A stretch of 64,000 nt of DNA from Bacteroidales bacterium (GTDB lineage Bacteria; Bacteroidota; Bacteroidia; Bacteroidales; P3), in contig JAKSMO010000003.1 of assembly GCA_024400545.1 (NCBI GenBank), forward strand, positions 1,170 through 65,169. Reading direction: 5' to 3'. Within the stretch, counting starts at the first letter, position 1. Every line of letters starts with the position of its first letter. Of the stretch, positions 55,025-64,000 are shown piece after piece. The notes beneath the pieces are model-generated. The model worked only from the letters and a program-made list of their open reading frames with translations, was not told the DNA's origin and searched no databases. A program made the translations under genes and the position numbers.

Positions 55025-55759
55025 ATGGCAAAAGATAACGAGAGTAACGAGCAGAAAAGTTTCCCCATCACACAATGGGCCGAGGAAGACCGCCCGCGCG
55101 AAAAAATGTTGGCCCAAGGCAAAAAAGCACTCACCGACAGCGAGCTTATTGCCATATTGCTTCGCACCGGAGTAAAGGGAACCAGCGCAATAGATTTGGC
55201 ACAGAAAATCCTTGCCAACAACAAAAACAGAGTCACCGAACTGGCTCGACTCGAAGTGGCCGACCTCACCACTCATTACAAAGGCTTGGGCACAGCCAAG
55301 GCCGTAACGATACTTGCCGCCTTAGAGCTAGGCACCAGAATGCTGAAAGAAGCAAATAACGACAAGGAAGACTTTATCAAGTCCAGCGACGACCTATTCC
55401 ACTACATAGCTCCTCTTATCATCGACTTGTCAAACGAAGAATTCTGGGCCATTTACCTCAATTCGCGAAACAAAGTAATAAAAAGCCAGCGTATCAGCAT
55501 TGGAGGATATACCCAAACATCAGTTGACATAAGAGTTCTCTTCAAAGGTGCGTTGGAAAATGGAGCCATAGCACTTGCCGTAGCGCACAATCACCCCACG
55601 GGGCATTTGGAGCCGAGCAAGGCCGACAAAGAACTCACCCAGCGCATTTCGGCAGCCGGAGAGACACTAAACATCAAGCTGATGGACCACCTCATTGTAG
55701 GCATCAGACCCGACGGCAGACGAGACTATTACAGCTTTACCGAGAACGGTCTTTTATAA
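55025..55759 (+). CDS. radC: RadC-like JAB-domain protein
   Basis: 244 aa, with ..DRPREKMLAQGKKALTDSELIAILLRTG.. and the JAMM motif ..AHNHPTGHLEPSKAD.. Confidence 0.88.
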   Translation: MAKDNESNEQKSFPITQWAEEDRPREKMLAQGKKALTDSELIAILLRTGVKGTSAIDLAQKILANNKNRVTELARLEVADLTTHYKGLGTAKAVTILAALELGTRMLKEANNDKEDFIKSSDDLFHYIAPLIIDLSNEEFWAIYLNSRNKVIKSQRISIGGYTQTSVDIRVLFKGALENGAIALAVAHNHPTGHLEPSKADKELTQRISAAGETLNIKLMDHLIVGIRPDGRRDYYSFTENGLL

Positions 55760-56099
55760 TTTCTACTGTCACAGAATCCAACTGACCACCCAGAGGCGGA
55801 TTCATTTTAGACACCTTCACACTCACATTTTCGACACTAGGATATTCGTTGAGTATGGCCTCCCCTATCCTATCGCCGACATGCTCAAGCAAGTGCGAGG
55901 GCTTCATCATCTCGCGTTTCACTGTGTGATACACGTCAAGATAGCTGACCGTATCGGCAATATCATCGGACTTTTGCGCCCGAGACGTTTCGGTCTCGAA
56001 CGCAACGTCAACGATGAAATATGTACCAATCTTTTGTTCTTCAGCAAAGCATCCATGAAATGCATAAAAACGCATTCCATTGAGAGTGATACGACTCAT
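55737..56099 (-). CDS. folB: Dihydroneopterin aldolase
   Basis: 120 aa, with MSRITLNGMRFYAFHGCFAEEQKIG. It overlaps the radC 3' end convergently by 23 nt. Confidence 0.85.
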   Translation of the reverse strand: MSRITLNGMRFYAFHGCFAEEQKIGTYFIVDVAFETETSRAQKSDDIADTVSYLDVYHTVKREMMKPSHLLEHVGDRIGEAILNEYPSVENVSVKVSKMNPPLGGQLDSVTVEIIKDRSR

Positions 56100-56111
56100 G
56101 GAATCAAATAA

Positions 56112-57161
56112 TTATACAATAGCGTCAAATTGTTTCAAGAAGCGCAAATCGTTCTCGAAATAGAGGCGTAAATCGCGAATCTGATATTTGAGCATAGCCA
56201 TGCGCTCAACGCCCATACCCAGGGCGAAGCCGGTGTATTCATTGGGGTCGATACCGCAAGCCTTGAGCACGTTGGGGTCAACCATACCGCAACCCAGGAT
56301 TTCCAACCAACCCGTGCCTTTGCAGATATTGCAGCCCTTACCGCCACAAACGCTACAGGAAATATCCATTTCGGCCGAAGGCTCAGTGAAGGGGAAATAC
56401 GAAGGACGGAGACGGATCTGGGTCTGCTCGCCAAACATTTCTTTAGCGAAGTAGAGCAAGGTTTGTTTCAAATCGGCAAACGACACGTTCTTGTCAACAT
56501 ACAATGCTTCCACCTGATGGAAAATACAGTGGGCACGGGCGCTGATGGCCTCGTTGCGGAACACACGACCCGGAGCAATAATACGGATAGGAGGCTGTGT
56601 TTTCTCCATCACACGAGCCTGCACCGAGGATGTATGGGTGCGCAGAGCCACCTCCTGCTTGCCTTCTTCCTTTTCCACAAAGAAAGTATCCTGCATATCG
56701 CGAGCAGGGTGATCGGGCGGGAAATTTAGTGCGGAGAACAAGTGCCAGTCATCTTCGATCTCCACCGACTCGGCCACGGTGAAGCCTATACGAGAAAAGA
56801 TTTCGGTAATTTCGTTCATCACCACTGACAGGACATGACGGCTGCCCAACTGAGTGAAATCGGTTGGCATAGTAAGGTCGTGCGACTGCTCTTCCGACTC
56901 GTGCGCCTCAACAAAGGATTTAAACTCCTCAATCTTGTCCATGGCGGCAACTTTCAGCAAATTGAGAGCTTTGCCCAAGTCCTTCTTTTCCTCGTTTGGC
57001 ACAGCCTTAAACTGCTCAAAAAGGTCGCTGATAATACCCTTTTTACCCAAGTATTTAACGCGGAACATTTCAACTTCCGCAGCCTTATCTTGGAATTTTT
57101 CAATCTGAGTGGCCTGAATATCTTCGATATAGGCCTGAATCTTGTCTTTTAACGAATTCAT
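56112..57161 (-). CDS. pheS: Phenylalanine--tRNA ligase alpha subunit
   Basis: 349 aa with class II motifs, including ..HPARDMQDTFF.. and ..GFALGMGVERMAMLKY.. Confidence 0.93.
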   Translation of the reverse strand: MNSLKDKIQAYIEDIQATQIEKFQDKAAEVEMFRVKYLGKKGIISDLFEQFKAVPNEEKKDLGKALNLLKVAAMDKIEEFKSFVEAHESEEQSHDLTMPTDFTQLGSRHVLSVVMNEITEIFSRIGFTVAESVEIEDDWHLFSALNFPPDHPARDMQDTFFVEKEEGKQEVALRTHTSSVQARVMEKTQPPIRIIAPGRVFRNEAISARAHCIFHQVEALYVDKNVSFADLKQTLLYFAKEMFGEQTQIRLRPSYFPFTEPSAEMDISCSVCGGKGCNICKGTGWLEILGCGMVDPNVLKACGIDPNEYTGFALGMGVERMAMLKYQIRDLRLYFENDLRFLKQFDAIV

Positions 57162-57236
57162 TGCTCTATTATTGTCTTCTCGTTATTACAATATCAAAAA
57201 CGAAGTCGCACTGAGCGACTCCTGAAGTGTTCAATC

Positions 57237-57941
57237 TTATTTAGTTCCCTTCCACTTTTTGAGGACAGTCATCTTCATTTTCACATCCTCAACCGGACGA
57301 TCCATCGGTCCGCACTGAACGGCGGCAATCTTATCAATAACCTCTAGACCTTCCACAACTTCGCCAAACACGGTGTAGTCGCCATCAAGGAATGGTGTGC
57401 CACCTATAGTGGCGTAGGCTTCAACCTGTTCGGGTGTAAATGACTTGCCCATACGCTGCTCCACCATTTTCAACCGGTCGGCAGTCCACACCTCGCCCTG
57501 CACAATATAAAACTGGCAGGAGGAAGATTCCTTTTTAGGATTCACCTGGTCACTTTGGCGAGCAGCGGCCAATGCGCCTTTTTTGTGGTACAAAGCGGGA
57601 TTGAACTCGGCAGGAATTGTGTATTGCAAACCGCCATCGCCCAACATCTGACCCGGCTTTGCGTTGCGTGAATTAGGATCGCCCCCTTGGATCATAAATT
57701 TACTAATCACACGATGAAATAGCAAATCATTGTAGGTGCCATCTTCCACCAACTTTATGAAATTATCTCGATGATTGGGTGTCTCATTATACAATTTCAC
57801 CACCATATCACCCATCGAGGTCTCAATTTTTACATAATAAACCTTTTCGTTATCTTTCTTCTGTTTATCAGACTTTTGCGCAAAAACGCAAAAGAAAAAA
57901 GATAGAAAAACTAATAAAAAACTAATTTTTTTTGTCATCAT
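57237..57941 (-). CDS. Peptidylprolyl isomerase, cyclophilin type, secreted
   Basis: The likely start is MMTKKISFLLVFLSFFF at 57941; the track extends to 57983. The cyclophilin motif is FHRVISKFMIQGGDP. Confidence 0.88.
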   Translation of the reverse strand: MMTKKISFLLVFLSFFFCVFAQKSDKQKKDNEKVYYVKIETSMGDMVVKLYNETPNHRDNFIKLVEDGTYNDLLFHRVISKFMIQGGDPNSRNAKPGQMLGDGGLQYTIPAEFNPALYHKKGALAAARQSDQVNPKKESSSCQFYIVQGEVWTADRLKMVEQRMGKSFTPEQVEAYATIGGTPFLDGDYTVFGEVVEGLEVIDKIAAVQCGPMDRPVEDVKMKMTVLKKWKGTK

Positions 57942-57956
57942 ACCACGAAATTTTAT

Positions 57957-57964
57957 TATCTTTG
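57957..57964 (+). promoter_or_regulatory. -7 promoter box (TATCTTTG)
   Basis: Located 56 nt upstream of ATG 58020. Confidence 0.45.
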
Positions 57965-58019
57965 CAAATGCAAAATTAGTCAAAAAAATTCATATAATCA
58001 CAAAAATAAACGATTTTTT

Positions 58020-58472
58020 ATGAAGAAAAAAAGCCTCTTTTTAATCGGTGCATTGTTACTCAGCGCATTATCCACCATGTTTTTTACCTCTTGCGACAAG
58101 GACACTTGGTGCTATATTGATGTCACTGTCCTCGATCCCAAGAATGATAACGCTCCCGCTGGCGGTGCTTGGGTCAAAATCCAATATGTGAAAGAAAACG
58201 AGTCCGACCCCAACAACCCCGTTACCGGCACCATTGCCGATACCGGCCAGTGCGATTCTCACGGTATCTATAAGACCAAATTTGCCGCACCCGCAATCTT
58301 CACCATTGCCGCCCGCATCGACGAGCCCGACACCCTTAACTTCAACAAACCCTACTACCGCGAAGGCGAAAAGTCGATCCGCTTAAAAGAAGGCGAAACC
58401 GTATATGCAACTGTTAAAGTTAATGGCGAGAAGAAACTCGGCCGCGCTGATTTCCGCCCCATTAGCAAATAA
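58020..58472 (+). CDS. Hypothetical lipoprotein (150 aa)
   Basis: It has a signal peptide with a lipobox-like FFTSC. Confidence 0.55.
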   Translation: MKKKSLFLIGALLLSALSTMFFTSCDKDTWCYIDVTVLDPKNDNAPAGGAWVKIQYVKENESDPNNPVTGTIADTGQCDSHGIYKTKFAAPAIFTIAARIDEPDTLNFNKPYYREGEKSIRLKEGETVYATVKVNGEKKLGRADFRPISK

Positions 58473-58570
58473 CAAAAGCCAACAATTACATCCAGTATAT
58501 TCACCCTTGTATCAAGGCACCGAATATACTGGATTTTTCTTATCACATTGCAAACCCAAAACAATCGCTT

Positions 58571-60118
58571 ATGGCTAAAATATTCAACGATGCCGACCTG
58601 CGCCAAATTGCCAGCCTGGGGCTGACCGAAGACGTGGTGATGCGTCAGATTGAGAATTTCCGAAAAGGTTTTCCCAAAACCCAGCTCATTGATGCTGCAA
58701 CAGTAGAGAATGGCGGCATTCTTCGCCTTGACGACAACGAGATTGACAAGTATGCCAAGCTTTATCAAAAAGTCTCAAAAGGCAAGAAAATCCTTAAATT
58801 TGTCCCTGCTTCGGGAGCGGCCACCCGTATGTTTAAGGACCTCTACGCTTTTACTTCTACCTATTTTGGCATCGACTATACCATCGAGAAGGAGCATCCC
58901 ACCGTTAAAGACTTCCTTGAAAAAATACGCACTTTTGCGTTTTTCGACGATTTGGAGGCCTGCATGGCCAAAGCCCATGCGGATTTTGGCGACTATATGG
59001 ACCGCGGCGACTTCGCCACTGTTATCAATTTCCTGCTGAAGGACCAATACATGGGCTACGGCAACCTCCCTAAAGGCTTGCTGAAATTCCACCGCTATGG
59101 TCACACCCAGCGCACACCGCTAGAAGAGCATATTGTGGAAGGTGCTGAGTATGCCCGCCAAAGCGACGGCTCCGTGAACCTACATTTCACCGTCTCGCCC
59201 GAGCACAAGTCCCTCTTCCGCAAAAGAGTTGCACAGGTGAAGACCTACTACGAGACCGCCTTCAACGTAAAATTGCATATAACATTCTCCGAGCAGAAAC
59301 ATTATACCGACATCATTGCCGTAAATGAGCAAAATGACCCCGTACGCGATGACGAAGGCCGCTTGATTTTCCGCCCTGGCGGTCACGGTGCTCTCATCGA
59401 GAACCTTAACGAGCAACGTGCCGACCTTATTTTTGTCAAGAATATCGACAACGTGGTGCCCGACTGGATGAAGCACACCACCATCATCTATAAGAAAGTT
59501 TTGGCCGGCCTGCTCCTCGACCTCCAGCAACAGGCTTTCAAACACCTCCACACCATCGACAAAGGCGCAACTCCTGCCCAAATCAAGGCTATTGAAAAGT
59601 TTGCTCAAAACAGCTTGCACCTTGTACTCCCCGAGGGTTACGACGCACTCTCACACGAAGAGAAAGCCCAGACCCTCCACAGACTGCTCAACCGGCCCAT
59701 GAGAATATGCGGTATGGTAAAGAACCAGGGCGAGCCTGGCGGCGGCCCCTTCATTACCCAAAACACTCATGGAATCAAGAGTCTGCAGATTGTTGAAACC
59801 GCACAAATCAACCGAAAAGACCCCGCACAGGAAGCCATACTGGCCGGGGCCACCCATTTCAATCCAGTTGATTTGGTGTGCACCACCAAAAACTACCGAG
59901 GCAGATATTTCGACCTGCGTCAGTTTGTTGACCCCGAAACCGGATTCATCAGCAAAAAAACAAAAGGAGCCACCGTGCTCAAATCGCAAGAGCTCCCCGG
60001 ACTCTGGAACGGTGCCATGGCCAATTGGACCACCCTTTTTGTAGAAGTGCCCCTGGCCACCTTCAACCCTGTGAAAACGGTCAACGACCTGCTCCGCAAA
60101 GAACATTTAGAGAACTAA
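58571..60118 (+). CDS. DUF4301-family protein (tentative)
   Basis: 515 aa. The N-terminus reads ..DLRQIASLGLTEDVVMRQIENFRKGFP.. The family call is from memory only. Confidence 0.55.
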   Translation: MAKIFNDADLRQIASLGLTEDVVMRQIENFRKGFPKTQLIDAATVENGGILRLDDNEIDKYAKLYQKVSKGKKILKFVPASGAATRMFKDLYAFTSTYFGIDYTIEKEHPTVKDFLEKIRTFAFFDDLEACMAKAHADFGDYMDRGDFATVINFLLKDQYMGYGNLPKGLLKFHRYGHTQRTPLEEHIVEGAEYARQSDGSVNLHFTVSPEHKSLFRKRVAQVKTYYETAFNVKLHITFSEQKHYTDIIAVNEQNDPVRDDEGRLIFRPGGHGALIENLNEQRADLIFVKNIDNVVPDWMKHTTIIYKKVLAGLLLDLQQQAFKHLHTIDKGATPAQIKAIEKFAQNSLHLVLPEGYDALSHEEKAQTLHRLLNRPMRICGMVKNQGEPGGGPFITQNTHGIKSLQIVETAQINRKDPAQEAILAGATHFNPVDLVCTTKNYRGRYFDLRQFVDPETGFISKKTKGATVLKSQELPGLWNGAMANWTTLFVEVPLATFNPVKTVNDLLRKEHLEN

Positions 60119-60318
60119 CCCAACACACCATTACAACAAGCCTCCGAGACGCCTTACTGCATTTCGGAGGCTTTTTTCTCATTATTAATGTAATGGGATG
60201 CTCGTCGCCGACAAAGCCGACCAACCACCATAGAAAAACCGTCGAACCACCTCAGTGGCATCGCATCATATCCTTTTAGCGAAAATAATAAAAGGGGGAA
60301 TAATATTATTATGGCCTG

Positions 60319-61140
60319 CTAGAACCTACCATGAGATCCACCACCGCCAAAGCTGCCGCCGCCGAAGCCACCAAATCCGCCACCCGAGCCGCCAAAACCA
60401 CCAAATCCGCCAGAGCCAAATCCTCCACGCGGCATTCCGCCCCAAAAGATTGGTCCATCGTAGGAGCGACGGTTGTTGTAACCACCATCATCCTTAAAAT
60501 GGTCACCGCCATTATTAGGATGGTTCTTATTATATCTATCGGCAACCACAAAAACAATGACAAACAACAGCATGATGACGCCAAATGCCAGGAATACCCC
60601 CCGCCTGTCGTCCTCTTTGTATTTCTCAAAACTATATTCGCCACGGCAAACGGGCTCGATAATGTCCAATGCCTTAACGATGGCCTGGTAATAATCGCCA
60701 TCTGCCAAAAGAGGCACCATCTCGTCCTCGATAATTCTATTGCAGAAAGCATCTGGCAACGCGCCTTCCAATCCATAGCCCGGAAGAATAGCCACATCGC
60801 CATAATCGTCTCTGTCGGCCTTCGACTTAATTAATATGACAACACCGTTCTTTAAATCCTTCTGACCCACGCCCCATGTGGTGCCTATGCGCGTGCCCAC
60901 ATCCATTATCTCGCAATCGTTCAAGGTGGGCGTGATGACAATCAGAATCTGGTTCGACGTACTGTCGTCAAAAGAGACTAATCTTTGTTCTAAGCCCGAC
61001 AACTCGCTTGGCGATAGCACATTGCTATAATCGTTCACCAAGGAGTTGGTTGGCTCCGGACACCAACGCGATTGTGCGCCACCCGACAACGAGCAGCACA
61101 CAACCACGATTAGTAGGATGTATGAAAAAAATCTTTTCAA
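60319..61140 (-). CDS. TPM-domain (YgcG-like) protein with a TM segment and a Gly-rich tail
   Basis: 273 aa. The tail reads GGFGSGGFGGFGGSGGGFGGFGGGSFGGGG. It lies downstream of a LemA gene, which is the usual pairing. Confidence 0.75.
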   Translation of the reverse strand: MKRFFSYILLIVVVCCSLSGGAQSRWCPEPTNSLVNDYSNVLSPSELSGLEQRLVSFDDSTSNQILIVITPTLNDCEIMDVGTRIGTTWGVGQKDLKNGVVILIKSKADRDDYGDVAILPGYGLEGALPDAFCNRIIEDEMVPLLADGDYYQAIVKALDIIEPVCRGEYSFEKYKEDDRRGVFLAFGVIMLLFVIVFVVADRYNKNHPNNGGDHFKDDGGYNNRRSYDGPIFWGGMPRGGFGSGGFGGFGGSGGGFGGFGGGSFGGGGSHGRF

Positions 61141-61146
61141 TTCAGA

Positions 61147-61743
61147 TTAGAAATTGAAATTGATGTCCACAGGTTCGTCGCTTCCCTCAGGAGCCTTGAA
61201 ATAGCCTTTCTTTTCAAAACCGCAAAGGCTGGCAATAATATTGTTGGGGAAGATACGCAATTGCTTGTTATACACAGCCACCTGCTCGTTGAATCGGCCA
61301 CGCTCGGTAGAGATTCGGTTCTCGCTACCTTCAATCTGCACCTGCAAATCGCGGAAACCCTGGGTAGCCGTCAGTTCGGGATAGCGTTCCACAACCACAT
61401 TCATCGAACGAGTGAGGGCACTTGACAATTGATCCTGAGCCTTTTGAAATTTGGCAAGGTTTTCTTCGGTAAGAGTGCTGGCATCAATCTGCACAGAACC
61501 TGCCTTGGCACGGGCCTCAATCACTTCGGTGAGGGTACCTTTCTCATAGTTGGCAGCTCCCTGCACAGCGGCAACTACCTCATTGATAAGGTCGGAACGA
61601 CGCTTATATACGTTTTCAACCTGAGCCCAAGACTCCGACACGTTTTCTTCGTTCACAACAAGCTTGTTTCTAACGCCTACGCCCCAAATAAAGGCAGCTG
61701 CAATCACACCGAGAACGGCAATAATAGGTAATGCTTTTTTCAT
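61147..61743 (-). CDS. LemA-family protein
   Basis: 198 aa with an N-terminal TM segment and ..YPELTATQGFRDLQVQIEGSENRISTERGRFNE.. Confidence 0.85.
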   Translation of the reverse strand: MKKALPIIAVLGVIAAAFIWGVGVRNKLVVNEENVSESWAQVENVYKRRSDLINEVVAAVQGAANYEKGTLTEVIEARAKAGSVQIDASTLTEENLAKFQKAQDQLSSALTRSMNVVVERYPELTATQGFRDLQVQIEGSENRISTERGRFNEQVAVYNKQLRIFPNNIIASLCGFEKKGYFKAPEGSDEPVDINFNF

Positions 61744-61862
61744 TGTACTGATGTTTAAAATTTTATCTTTAACGAGATTAGACTATTTTTATTGCTTTAC
61801 CATATAAAAAAAAGACCACACCTTAGGTGCAGCCTTATTTCTTTCAGTAAAGAAGACTGAAA

Positions 61863-61997
61863 TTACTCAGCATTGATAACAGCTTTGTGAACAGCATTCC
61901 AACCAGCGGCGTTGATACCCCAGTTGTTGGTGGAGTTCTTGTTACCATTAACTCTAACCTTTCTTCTCTTTACTTTTTTGTTAGCATTGATACCCAT
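61863..61997 (-). CDS. Small basic protein (44 aa), unannotated in the track
   Basis: Hand translation gives MGINANKKVKRRKVRVNGNKNSTNNWGINAAGWNAVHKAVINAE. A TAATTTTG box lies on the minus strand at 62073..62080, and a T8 run lies downstream (~61808..61815 as A-run on plus). Codon choice (GGT, AAC, GCT) looks like that of expressed genes. Confidence 0.45.
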   Translation of the reverse strand: MGINANKKVKRRKVRVNGNKNSTNNWGINAAGWNAVHKAVINAE

Positions 61998-62132
61998 GAC
62001 TCAATTATTTTTATTATTTAACTTCTTGATTTATTGTACGTAATACGAATACAAGACCCGAAAAACGTTCTGCAAAATTACAACTATTTTCTGATATACG
62101 CAAATTTTTTTTCTTTTTCCTTATTTTCTGCC

Positions 62133-63731
62133 CTATTTCTGCTCCGAAAAACGCCACACCATTGTGCCATGCGCGGGCAGCATCACCACAAACCTATCAT
62201 GGGCTGGCGAGAGCTTATTCTCCACATCTCCAGAGAGCAGTTCCGTGCTCATGTAGTGTTTGTTGGGGGCCAGTGTAGGGATGTCTTTCAGCGAGAGTCC
62301 CAACAATGCAGGCTCATCGTGCATATTGGTGGCCGAAACTGCCACATCGCCTCCATCCAAATCCTTCATCAACACCAACCAATCATCATCAAACACCAGC
62401 GGCTCAGCGGCTTGTGCCAGCGGGTCCTGATCAATAGCGATCAAATCGGCATTGGTAATCAACGCTAGATCGCTTTTATAATAAGGATTATACAGCCCCG
62501 CATCGATGCGGCTCTGCCCATCATACAGCGTGGTGACATCAAAACACAGTGTCAACGGACTTCCCCACATGCACCACAGCACCATTTGAGTGCGGTATTC
62601 ACTCTGGCTCATGCCTTGACCATCGGTGCCAGCATTGGAGCTCTTTCCCTTGCCGTGAAGTCCGCACATCATCATATCGGCATCGTTAAAGCGGTTAATA
62701 CCATTGTATTGCCAAATCTTGGTCATTATCTTGATGTTGTCAAGCACACCGCCCTTATAGGTCGGGTTTTCCCAGCAGTCGCGCGTGTCGGCTGTTGCGC
62801 GCCAACACGTTCCGCCTGCCTCAGCCCCCCATTTCCATGGCTCACGGCCTCCCCACTCGCATAGGTAGTACACAAAATCGTCCTTGCCAGCCGCTCCCAA
62901 CGATTTGGCCAACTGTGCACTCATGGCGCTATAGGCATCAAAGGCCCCAGCCCTATCGGTGCGGTCGTTATTGCAAAAATCATATTTCAGCAAATCCATG
63001 CCCCAGGCCGACACAAAATCGCCCGCATCCTCGGCCTCAAAACCCAGGCTTCCCGGCTGGCCACCCGAGCAAGTACGGCTTCCGGCATCGCTATAAATAC
63101 CCAATTTCAACCCCTTAGCATGCACATAATCCACCATTGCCTGAGGCCCATTGGGAAATTTCTGTCGGTTCCACACCAGATGACGATTCTCACGTTCTGC
63201 CTCGGCCCACAAATCATCCAGACACAAATATCGGTAGCCCACTTGGACCAGACCCAAATCCACCATAGCGTCAGCCACTTGGCGCACCAGCGTATCGGAA
63301 ATATCGCCTTCAAAAACATTCCAGGTGAGCAAACCCATAAACGGAGTCTTTTGCGGCAAATCATTCTTTACGTGTAAAGTAATCGTATCCACCGCCCCAT
63401 TCATCCGCACATAATAATGATATTCACCTTCTTGCGCAACAACTCCGTCCACCATTTGGCGACCCGCGTTCCAAAGCAAACCCTCTGGCAGACCCTCCAC
63501 AGCCACCTGGGCGCGAGCATCTGTAGTTCTGATTTTCTGAACAAAACGCTGCCCCGGCACACCATATACCACTTTGGCGCAATCCAGCTGCACCTGCGCA
63601 TTTGCCACCACAGCAAACATCGCATATAATATAATAAATACATTTATTTTAAGTTGATGGAGCTGGGTTGCCCCAAAAAGCTTCATCCACTTCATAACTA
63701 CATTAACTGCATTAACCTCTTCTACTTTCAT
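62133..63731 (-). CDS. GH27-family alpha-galactosidase / alpha-N-acetylgalactosaminidase-like glycoside hydrolase
   Basis: 532 aa. Motifs are ..YRYLCLDDLW.., ..GLKLGIYSDAGSRTC.. and ..WGMDLLKYDFC.. The true start may be an internal Met before the signal peptide ..IILYAMFAVVANAQ. Confidence 0.8.
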   Translation of the reverse strand: MKVEEVNAVNVVMKWMKLFGATQLHQLKINVFIILYAMFAVVANAQVQLDCAKVVYGVPGQRFVQKIRTTDARAQVAVEGLPEGLLWNAGRQMVDGVVAQEGEYHYYVRMNGAVDTITLHVKNDLPQKTPFMGLLTWNVFEGDISDTLVRQVADAMVDLGLVQVGYRYLCLDDLWAEAERENRHLVWNRQKFPNGPQAMVDYVHAKGLKLGIYSDAGSRTCSGGQPGSLGFEAEDAGDFVSAWGMDLLKYDFCNNDRTDRAGAFDAYSAMSAQLAKSLGAAGKDDFVYYLCEWGGREPWKWGAEAGGTCWRATADTRDCWENPTYKGGVLDNIKIMTKIWQYNGINRFNDADMMMCGLHGKGKSSNAGTDGQGMSQSEYRTQMVLWCMWGSPLTLCFDVTTLYDGQSRIDAGLYNPYYKSDLALITNADLIAIDQDPLAQAAEPLVFDDDWLVLMKDLDGGDVAVSATNMHDEPALLGLSLKDIPTLAPNKHYMSTELLSGDVENKLSPAHDRFVVMLPAHGTMVWRFSEQK

Positions 63732-64000
63732 TTTTGTATCAGTCCCGACATATCGGTCAATAGTTTTCTATCAAATTTCACCTGCCTCAGCTGCCCGCTG
63801 CCCCTAGAAACACAATAGGGCTCCGCCACTCCTTCATCAAACAGACTCACAAAAGCACGACGAATGCGACTGCACTTTTCGTTGATAGAGTTGCTGAACG
63901 GGTTAACCAAATCGTCCACGGAATTGCGCAATGTCTTCAAGTCCACACGGTTGGAAATCATTTGATAATACTCTATCAACTCCTCACGGTGGTCAACCAA
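63728..64000 (-). CDS. C-terminal fragment of an unidentified protein; the gene continues beyond the window end
   Basis: The frame is open to the window edge and overlaps the GH27 start by 4 nt. I recognise no motif. Confidence 0.4.
   Translation of the reverse strand: MVDHREELIEYYQMISNRVDLKTLRNSVDDLVNPFSNSINEKCSRIRRAFVSLFDEGVAEPYCVSRGSGQLRQVKFDRKLLTDMSGLIQK

Overview
The window looks like a Bacteroidales-type chromosome segment. Evidence for that: TAnnTTTG -7 promoter boxes, few Shine-Dalgarno sites, PorV/T9SS-type genes, a CarboxypepD_reg-type TonB receptor and a fused SecDF. GC-rich housekeeping blocks are interrupted by two visibly AT-rich accessory islands. The housekeeping blocks run M64 peptidase, tsaC, panC, aroQ ... 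uvrA-like, then tRNA-Gly, pnp, rpsO, purM-like, HIT, greA, PorV-like, secDF, radC, folB, pheS ... GH27. Island 1 (1 to ~6.1 kb) holds an R-M methylase/specificity pair and two P-loop ATPases. Island 2 (~20.7 to 34.9 kb) ends next to tRNA-Gly(CCC). It holds two divergent DUF4143-type ATPases with periodic upstream repeats, an orphan 433-aa protein, an ATPase plus small-partner pair, and a ten-gene operon at 28436..34873. That operon encodes two small TRAFAC GTPases, a paralogous pair of small proteins, glycine-zipper/EcsC-like modules, and a full-length divergent EF-Tu paralog fused to a ~190-aa glycine-zipper N-terminal domain. It is preceded by two tandem homologous promoter plus structured-leader units. 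This operon, with its leader RNAs, is my main candidate for an undescribed system, probably translation-linked conflict or defence. All functional calls rest on motif recognition by eye, with no database search. Many long ORFs in the track are antisense artefacts of GC-rich genes.
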